Assembly: GCA_013414795.1 (NCBI GenBank)
Contig: CP058732.1
Span: forward strand, 2,331,737-2,395,736
Direction of reading: 5' to 3'
Origin: Candidatus Kapaibacterium sp.
GTDB lineage: Bacteria > Bacteroidota > Ignavibacteria > Kapaibacteriales > UBA2268
Length of the DNA stretch: 64,000 nucleotides
Numbering within the stretch: the first letter of the stretch is position 1; each line of letters begins with the position of its first letter. This document shows, in pieces, positions 57,818 to 64,000 of this stretch. A program made the position numbers and the translations under genes. The notes under the pieces were generated by a model that was not told where the DNA came from, did no database searches, and saw only the letters and a program-made list of their open reading frames with translations.

Positions 57818-59479
57818 TTGAAAATGAGAGCAAAAAATTTTTCTTTGCTTGCTCTTTTCTTTTTTATCACATTTCAATTATCCTCGCAATACAAAATCGA
57901 ATGGGCAAAATGCTTTGGCGGTAAAGATTTAGACGAGCCCACCCATCTTGCAAAAAGTTACGATGGCGGTTACTTTATTGTTGGCTTAACCGCCTCTGGC
58001 GATGGAGACGTAAAAGGGAAAAAGGTGCCAGGAAAATATACTGATTATGACGCTTGGATTTTGCATATCGATTCAATTGGTAATATCGTATCGCAAAAAT
58101 GTTTAGGTGGTTCAGATTGGGACGGAGCAAATTGCATTGTTCAAACAAAAGACAGTTGCTATTTGATTGGTGCTTGGAGCTCATCCACTGACTATGATGT
58201 TTCGAAACCTCAACAAGTTCAAGATTTGTGGTTCATCAAACTTGACAGAGGTGGAAATATTATTTGGAAAAAAACTTATGGCGGACGTGGTTACGAACAG
58301 CCCAAATCAATTCTTGTGCTTGAAGACGGAAACTTTTTGATAACTGGTTATAGTTCTTCAACACAAGGCGAATTCGTGAATAAATATGGCTCATTCGACT
58401 TATTTGTAATCAAATTAGATACTTCTGGCGAAATCAAAAAAATAAAATTCTATGGTGGAACACACAATGACAAAGGCAATTTCATAATGCAAACCTCAGA
58501 TGGTGGTTTCCTCGTTGTTGGTTCGACTAGCTCCAACGATGGTGATGTAGTAGGTTGGCATCCTGGCTACACCGACACTGGATATCCATTAGAGGATTTT
58601 TGGGTATTGAAACTCGACCAAGACTTAAACCTACAATGGCAAAAACCTCTTGGGGGTAGCAATCCCGACGTTGCACACTCTGCTGTTGAAACACCCGACA
58701 ATGGTTTTATCGTTGTTGGAGAAACATCTTCGAACAACGGAGATGTTCAAGGATTAAAAGGTAATCAAAACATCTGGCTTGTCAAATTAAGTTCGTCTGG
58801 TGAAATCAAATGGAGTAAGTGTTACGGCGGAAGTTTTGTAGACTTTGCAACTAACATTGTCAAAGATTTTGATGGAAATTATCTTGTTCTTGGACATTCT
58901 GCTTCAAATGACAATGATGTGATTAATAACAATGGCGGTATGGACGTTTGGCTTTTCAAAATAAATTTAAACGGAGAGGTGCTTTGGTCGCAATGCTTTG
59001 GTGGTTCAAGTACCGATATGTCCAGTTCGCTTTTGCAACTTGACAATGGCGAACTTCTGCTTGCTTGTAGTTCGTCGTCCAAAGATGGTGACGTTTCTGG
59101 TTGGCATCAAGGATACAACCCCGATGCGGGATATCCGAATCCCGATTTTTGGATTGTAAAATTGAAGCCTTCTGCATCCGTTGTGGACAATTCTTTCCAA
59201 AGCAATTATTCCACAAATTTGGAGATATATCCAAACCCCAGCAATTCTTTTTGCACTTTCATACTTAAGTATTCTGGTCAAATAGTTCTAAATGATTTTG
59301 ACTATGAAATTATCGACTCGTTCGGACAAAGTTTGCTAAAATCTAATAATTTTGAGTTAGAAGCACATCAAATTAAATTCTTTTGGCATCCCGAAAATAC
59401 TGTCCAATCGGGCGTTTACTTCGTTAAAGTAAATTTGGGGGGCAAAGTTCTCGTTAAACCTTTTGTTCATATTCATTAG
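57818..59479 (+). CDS. secreted repeat protein with T9SS C-terminal sorting domain
   Basis: Signal peptide. At least six tandem 55-60-aa modules (consensus ...YGG...D....I....DGGYL.VG.TSS.DGDV.G...), delta-60/SBBP-like beta-propeller repeats. C-terminus [15 protein letters not shown]...VYFVKV. Confidence 0.65.
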   Translation: MKMRAKNFSLLALFFFITFQLSSQYKIEWAKCFGGKDLDEPTHLAKSYDGGYFIVGLTASGDGDVKGKKVPGKYTDYDAWILHIDSIGNIVSQKCLGGSDWDGANCIVQTKDSCYLIGAWSSSTDYDVSKPQQVQDLWFIKLDRGGNIIWKKTYGGRGYEQPKSILVLEDGNFLITGYSSSTQGEFVNKYGSFDLFVIKLDTSGEIKKIKFYGGTHNDKGNFIMQTSDGGFLVVGSTSSNDGDVVGWHPGYTDTGYPLEDFWVLKLDQDLNLQWQKPLGGSNPDVAHSAVETPDNGFIVVGETSSNNGDVQGLKGNQNIWLVKLSSSGEIKWSKCYGGSFVDFATNIVKDFDGNYLVLGHSASNDNDVINNNGGMDVWLFKINLNGEVLWSQCFGGSSTDMSSSLLQLDNGELLLACSSSSKDGDVSGWHQGYNPDAGYPNPDFWIVKLKPSASVVDNSFQSNYSTNLEIYPNPSNSFCTFILKYSGQIVLNDFDYEIIDSFGQSLLKSNNFELEAHQIKFFWHPENTVQSGVYFVKVNLGGKVLVKPFVHIH

Positions 59480-59546
59480 TTACGAAGGAAAAAACTCAAT
59501 TTTTTTAAACAATTGTCGTTTGAATATTTTTATAATTGAGGATAGA

Positions 59547-60011
59547 ATGGGAAAAGTTGTTGAAGGAATTTTAGACGCAACTGGCAAAAAGTTTGCAATC
59601 GTTGTCTCCCGTTGGAACCAATTCATCGTTGGCAAAATGTTGGAAGGTGCTTTGGATGCATTAAAAAGACACAAAGCCAGCGAAGAAAACATTACCATCG
59701 TCTACTGTCCTGGCTCGTTCGAAATTCCACTTGTCTGCAAGCGATTGGCACTATCTAAACAATATGATGCAATTATTGCTCTTGGGGCTGTAATTCGTGG
59801 TGCAACACCACATTTCGACTATATTGCCAACGAAGTTGCAAAGGGAATTGCACAAGTTAACCTCGAAACTGGTGTACCAGTTGTGTTTGGTGTGCTAACG
59901 ACAGATACCATCGAACAAGCAATAGAGCGTGCTGGAAGCAAAAGCGGCAATAAAGGATTCGACGCAGCAGTCGCAGCAATAGAAATGGTTTCCCTTTTCG
60001 ATAAAATTTAG
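59547..60011 (+). CDS. ribH: 6,7-dimethyl-8-ribityllumazine synthase
   Basis: [20 protein letters not shown]...[23 protein letters not shown] precedes the ATG at 59547. Confidence 0.9.
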   Translation: MGKVVEGILDATGKKFAIVVSRWNQFIVGKMLEGALDALKRHKASEENITIVYCPGSFEIPLVCKRLALSKQYDAIIALGAVIRGATPHFDYIANEVAKGIAQVNLETGVPVVFGVLTTDTIEQAIERAGSKSGNKGFDAAVAAIEMVSLFDKI

Positions 60012-60016
60012 TAGAA

Positions 60017-62275
60017 ATGGAAAAAAAATCGTTTCTTGCTCCTGGTGTGCTCTTCTTGATTTTGCATTTCGTCGTCTTTGCCCAATCGCCCATTACACTA
60101 ACTAAATGGAAAGTTTACACATCGCAAGTGAATATTCTTTCAGCAGACACAGACAAAGACGGTAATATCTGGTGTGCTTCGAACGGCGGGGTTTTCCATT
60201 TTAACCCCAAAAATTTCTCTGAATACGAAAGTTTCAATTCGCTCAACGGTTTGTATTCAATTGACACAAAATTCTTGACATACCATCCAAACACTGATGA
60301 AATCTATGTTGGGACTTATGACGGTGTTTTAAGTGTTTACAGTCCAAATGGTGGTTGGAAAAATCTCCTCGACATAAAAAATTCACAATTCACTAATGTT
60401 GAAATTAATCAAATCTTGTTTAACGATACCATTGCATACATAGTTGGCGGATTCGGTTTAACAACTTTTGACATTCGCCATAAAGTGTTCTTGAAAACAC
60501 CCTCTCGATTGGGGAATTTTCCATCTGGGACACGGTGTCGTCACAGTTTGATATTTAACAACTATCTCTGGGTTGCCACAGAACTTGGAATTGCACGCAT
60601 CCGTTTAGGAGAAAAAATCACCAACCCCGTCGCTTGGGAAAATCTTGCTGAAAACAGTGGATTGCAAAACCCCAATATTTTCTTTCTATCCGAAGAAAAC
60701 GGCTATTTGTTCGCATTTTCACAGAATACAATCTATCGATATGAAGATTCAACTTTTAAAACTTACCTCCAACTTGAATCCTACGAAAAGATTGTATCTG
60801 TCCAATCATTTAAAGGAAAAATTTATTTTGCTACTGAATTTTTTATTAGTAGTCTGAATTCTGAAAGAGTATACTTCTTTAGCGAATCTCCACTGAACGC
60901 AAAAATCAATGGATTTTTGTTCCTTAATGAATCACAAGTGGCTATCTTTTTAAACAAAAGTGGTTTGGTAATAAAAAACTTAAACAACGGCAAATTGGAA
61001 TATTTTCTGCCAAAAACCCCTATATCCAATCAATTTAGATATTTCGATATCGACGCCTATGGCGGTTTTTGGTCTGCAACAAATCCCGACCCAAGTGGTG
61101 AAGGTTTAATGTTTATGAAAGATGGAAAATGGACAAATTTTGCCACTTTTTTGAATCCATCAATTAAAACAAATAATTTCATCAAAGTCACTTGCGTTGG
61201 CGACACTGCTTTTGTTAGTTCCTGGGGGGATGGGCTTTACGCAATTTATCCCAAAGCGGATACATTCGTAATCAACAAATTCGACAACCAGAACAGCCCT
61301 CTTACTGGTATACCAAACAATCCGAATTACGTAGTCGTCCAACAAAGTGCATACGAAAAGCGTAAGTCTTTGCTTTGGATTGTGAATTACTCCGATGCCA
61401 AAATGGGCTATTTGCTCATTGCAAAAGATAAGGACGGAAAGTTCTACGGCTTCATACCCACTCCTATGCGAAAGTATCACAACATCGTTATAGATGAGTT
61501 TGGAACCAAATGGATTTCCTCTTCCGACGGAACTGGCTTCTACTATTTCAACGAGCGTGGCACTCTTGAAGATTCAACCGATGACGTAGTGGGCAATCTG
61601 GCTTGGAACATCTATCTCCCTTCAAACACAATCTATTCAATGGCTTACGACCTTAATGGTTTCATATGGTGTGGAACTGGAAATGGTATTTTCCTTGTTC
61701 TAAACCCTGGAGCAGTCCTCAACAACAGTAATCCAGTTATCAAAAAACTCAAAATGCTCGAAGATTATGCAATCAATTGCATTCACATTGATGCTTTGAA
61801 TTATAAGTGGATTGCTACAAACAAAGGTGTTTTTGTTGTTTCTCCCGATGGCTCTGAAATTCTCTTAAATTTGACAAAAGAAAATTCGCCTTTACTATCG
61901 AACGAGGTGCTTTACATTAATTCCAATCCATACACTGGCGAGTTTTACTTCGGCACCACAAAAGGACTTGCCATTGCCTCTTCGATGAACGTTCTCCCAG
62001 CAGAAAAATACGACATTGCAGTTTTCCCGCAACCATTTCGATTGCCAAAAGACCAACAACTACTAATCGATGGCCTTGCCTCCGAAAGTGAAATCAAAAT
62101 ATTAACAATTGATGGCGAAATTGTTCGCACACTCTCAACTAACAGCAGACGAACATTCTGGGACGGCAAGGATTACAATGGAAATTTCGTTTCGACTGGT
62201 ATCTACCTTCTTGTTGCAAAGTCCCTAACTAACCGAGAATCGGCGGTTTTCAAAATTGCTGTTATCAAAGAATAA
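60017..62275 (+). CDS. secreted beta-propeller-like protein with T9SS C-terminal sorting domain
   Basis: Signal peptide MEKKSFLAPGVLFLILHFVVFAQ, Y/W-rich propeller-like body, and a C-terminal FlgD-Ig/T9SS-CTD pattern (VFPQPF...ILTIDGEIVRTL...FWDGKDYNGNFVSTGIYLL). Confidence 0.6.
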   Translation: MEKKSFLAPGVLFLILHFVVFAQSPITLTKWKVYTSQVNILSADTDKDGNIWCASNGGVFHFNPKNFSEYESFNSLNGLYSIDTKFLTYHPNTDEIYVGTYDGVLSVYSPNGGWKNLLDIKNSQFTNVEINQILFNDTIAYIVGGFGLTTFDIRHKVFLKTPSRLGNFPSGTRCRHSLIFNNYLWVATELGIARIRLGEKITNPVAWENLAENSGLQNPNIFFLSEENGYLFAFSQNTIYRYEDSTFKTYLQLESYEKIVSVQSFKGKIYFATEFFISSLNSERVYFFSESPLNAKINGFLFLNESQVAIFLNKSGLVIKNLNNGKLEYFLPKTPISNQFRYFDIDAYGGFWSATNPDPSGEGLMFMKDGKWTNFATFLNPSIKTNNFIKVTCVGDTAFVSSWGDGLYAIYPKADTFVINKFDNQNSPLTGIPNNPNYVVVQQSAYEKRKSLLWIVNYSDAKMGYLLIAKDKDGKFYGFIPTPMRKYHNIVIDEFGTKWISSSDGTGFYYFNERGTLEDSTDDVVGNLAWNIYLPSNTIYSMAYDLNGFIWCGTGNGIFLVLNPGAVLNNSNPVIKKLKMLEDYAINCIHIDALNYKWIATNKGVFVVSPDGSEILLNLTKENSPLLSNEVLYINSNPYTGEFYFGTTKGLAIASSMNVLPAEKYDIAVFPQPFRLPKDQQLLIDGLASESEIKILTIDGEIVRTLSTNSRRTFWDGKDYNGNFVSTGIYLLVAKSLTNRESAVFKIAVIKE

Positions 62276-62276
62276 A

Positions 62277-63818
62277 ATGATTTCGGGCAAAAAAGCACTT
62301 TTCCTTTCGATTATTCTTATTGTCAACTTTTTGCTCTGGTTCAAATCATTCTCGTTAGATTTTTACAACGACGACTACCAAATTCTTTCCTTTGCACAAG
62401 AAAATTTTTCCAAAAATCCACTCAAAGTATTCACTTCTCAAGATGTTTCCAATTTCTACTTCCGTCCCCTACCAAATTTGTTGCATACAACGACTCTGGT
62501 GCTTTTTGGGTACAACCCATTACCGTTTCGTATACTGAACTTCCTCTTGTACCTGGCTCTTGTTTATACTCTATATTTCTTTCTCCTTCGGTTAACCTCG
62601 AACGAAACTCTTACTTTCTGTTCCACGCTCCTTTTTGCCTTGTTGCCTTCGCACGACCTCTTTCTCGTCTGGATTGCCTCGATTGGCGACATCCTTGCTT
62701 CCTTGTTCATCTTGCTTTCTTTTTACTTTCTCCTTTTTGGTTCCAACAAAAATGCTTTGGCTTTTGCTCTATTTTTTTTCTTTCTCTCTGGTCTGTCCAA
62801 AGAAAGCACCATCCTTGCTCCGTTCCTATCCATTGCTCTATCCTTCATCTTTACCGACAGAAAGACTATTTTACGACGCTACACTGTCTTTACGCTTCTT
62901 GTTCTTATCTTTCTCTTTGCCTATCGCCATTTAGTTTTAGATATAAACATCCTTCAATCGCCAAATGCCCAAAATTTTTCGCCAGGTTCATTACTAAATA
63001 TCTTTGTCTATCCATTTGTAATTGTTGTGCCAACATTTGCATCCACAATAGAAAATCCTTTGGGATTAATTCTTAATTTCATTTTTCTTTTAGCAACTCT
63101 TTCTCTGCTCGTTCTTTTTATATTTCACAAAAGGGAAAAAAACTTAAAGGCGATATACTTGGGCTTGCTTTGGTATGTGTTCTTCGTCCTGCCAGCAGTA
63201 CCCTTGTTTATGCGATGGTATTCATTACTTCCGTCTTTGGGCTTGCTTTTTGTCGCAACCGAATTCCTTAAGCAAATCAAAACCAAAACAATGCTCGTTT
63301 TCTTGGTGCCATTGTTTCTTATTCTTTCTGTTGTCGACTACTACTCCGTTTCTGGTTGGAAGAAGGCTAATTCCTTTGCACAAAATATTTTAAACGAAAT
63401 CGCTGATTTGGATACAAAAGGCAAGGACAAAATGCTACTGTGGTTTTTCCCCCAGTATTACAACAATTATCCAATTCTTCGCTCTGGCGTCCAGCAAGCA
63501 ATCAATTTCCATCGCAAAGCAAAACTCAACGAAGTGCTATTACCAATATCCATTGCATTCAAAGAAACCACAAGGATTGAGTTTCAATCCCCAATCAAGG
63601 ACACTTTCACTTTTAAAATTTATAATGCCAAAGTTTTTCTCTCGTTTCGCAATGAAAAATTCGACAGCACTGCAACTGCGGACAACGACTACTACTTTTT
63701 AAGCATTAGCAAGCAAAACCCGTTCGAATATCACATTTGTCTATATTTCCACAAAACTAAGCCCGAATATGCCAATTTCTTTTTCAATGGCAAAAAGTTT
63801 ATTCTGCTCGAAAAGTAA
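62277..63818 (+). CDS. polytopic membrane protein, putative GT-C-fold glycosyltransferase (ArnT/PMT-like)
   Basis: About 12 predicted TM helices. N-terminal loop FYNDDYQILSF, DD-containing like the GT39/GT83 catalytic loops, and a C-terminal soluble domain. Confidence 0.45.
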   Translation: MISGKKALFLSIILIVNFLLWFKSFSLDFYNDDYQILSFAQENFSKNPLKVFTSQDVSNFYFRPLPNLLHTTTLVLFGYNPLPFRILNFLLYLALVYTLYFFLLRLTSNETLTFCSTLLFALLPSHDLFLVWIASIGDILASLFILLSFYFLLFGSNKNALAFALFFFFLSGLSKESTILAPFLSIALSFIFTDRKTILRRYTVFTLLVLIFLFAYRHLVLDINILQSPNAQNFSPGSLLNIFVYPFVIVVPTFASTIENPLGLILNFIFLLATLSLLVLFIFHKREKNLKAIYLGLLWYVFFVLPAVPLFMRWYSLLPSLGLLFVATEFLKQIKTKTMLVFLVPLFLILSVVDYYSVSGWKKANSFAQNILNEIADLDTKGKDKMLLWFFPQYYNNYPILRSGVQQAINFHRKAKLNEVLLPISIAFKETTRIEFQSPIKDTFTFKIYNAKVFLSFRNEKFDSTATADNDYYFLSISKQNPFEYHICLYFHKTKPEYANFFFNGKKFILLEK

Positions 63819-64000
63819 ATCCTCTTAATTTACTACCAAAATCGTTCCAGTTCGATTTGTTCCAACGGAGCATGAAACGAAGTAAACCCCTGGCGGAAGT
63901 TTGCTTTTGGGAGACCAAAACAATTCCCCCGAATAGTTGTTCTTCTTGACCAAAGTGAATTCACTCTCGTTTGAAACCTTTTCCCCAAGAATGTTATAAA
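63815..64000 (-). CDS. C-terminal end of a T9SS-sorted protein (gene continues beyond window)
   Basis: Manual reverse translation gives ...YNILGEKVSNESEFTLVKKNNYSGELFWSPKSKLPPGVYFVSCSVGTNRTGTILVVN*, which matches the T9SS CTD consensus. The stop overlaps the stop of the convergent upstream gene. Confidence 0.55.

Noticed and set aside
1-64000. CRISPR arrays, transposases, toxin-antitoxin or defence islands
   Set aside because: No regularly spaced direct repeats and no nuclease, transposase or integrase motifs were seen in any frame.

Overview
This is a gene-dense, AT-rich bacterial chromosomal window that reads as core genome rather than an island, with about 60 protein genes and 4 tRNAs. 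I see no transposases, integrases, CRISPR arrays or phage genes.

Gene content suggests a member of the Fibrobacteres-Chlorobi-Bacteroidetes group (Ignavibacteria/Bacteroidota-like). There are at least four genes for proteins carrying the C-terminal sorting domain of the type IX secretion system (T9SS). The nucleotide composition and tandem SurA-like parvulin chaperone genes also fit that group.

Housekeeping genes I recognise confidently from hallmark motifs:
- Translation and tRNA: def, pheT, pheS, rplT, rpmI, argS, rsfS, rsmI, and a Val-Leu-Arg-Arg tRNA cluster.
- DNA repair and stress: recA-recX, clpC.
- Envelope and cofactor biosynthesis: cdsA, alr, birA-coaX, lpxH-like, ribH, rpiB.
- Energy and central metabolism: nuoA-nuoB, icd, sucC, gcvT.
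- Transport: mntP, zupT.

Less ordinary items:
- A 603-aa protein that is coiled coil over essentially its whole length is translationally coupled to alanine racemase.
- A pair of Lys/Glu-rich low-complexity secreted proteins flank a predicted outer-membrane beta-barrel and ComEA.
- A membrane PDZ-GAF-PP2C phosphatase is co-transcribed with an alkyltransferase-like (ATL) protein in which the catalytic Cys is replaced by Ala.
- A biotin-dependent carboxylase is dispersed over two loci (carboxyltransferase plus small biotinyl protein at about 20.5-22.4 kb; biotin carboxylase plus BCCP beside icd and a lone sucC at about 53-57.8 kb).
- nuoAB sit apart from the rest of complex I, and pheS sits apart from pheT.
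- RsmI carries a long Lys-rich C-terminal tail.
- Two ABC ATPases have no permease partners.
- A large T9SS cargo gene precedes an orphan OmpR-type response regulator.

Every call rests on reading the supplied six-frame translations and the raw sequence. No database search was possible, so family assignments are motif-based.
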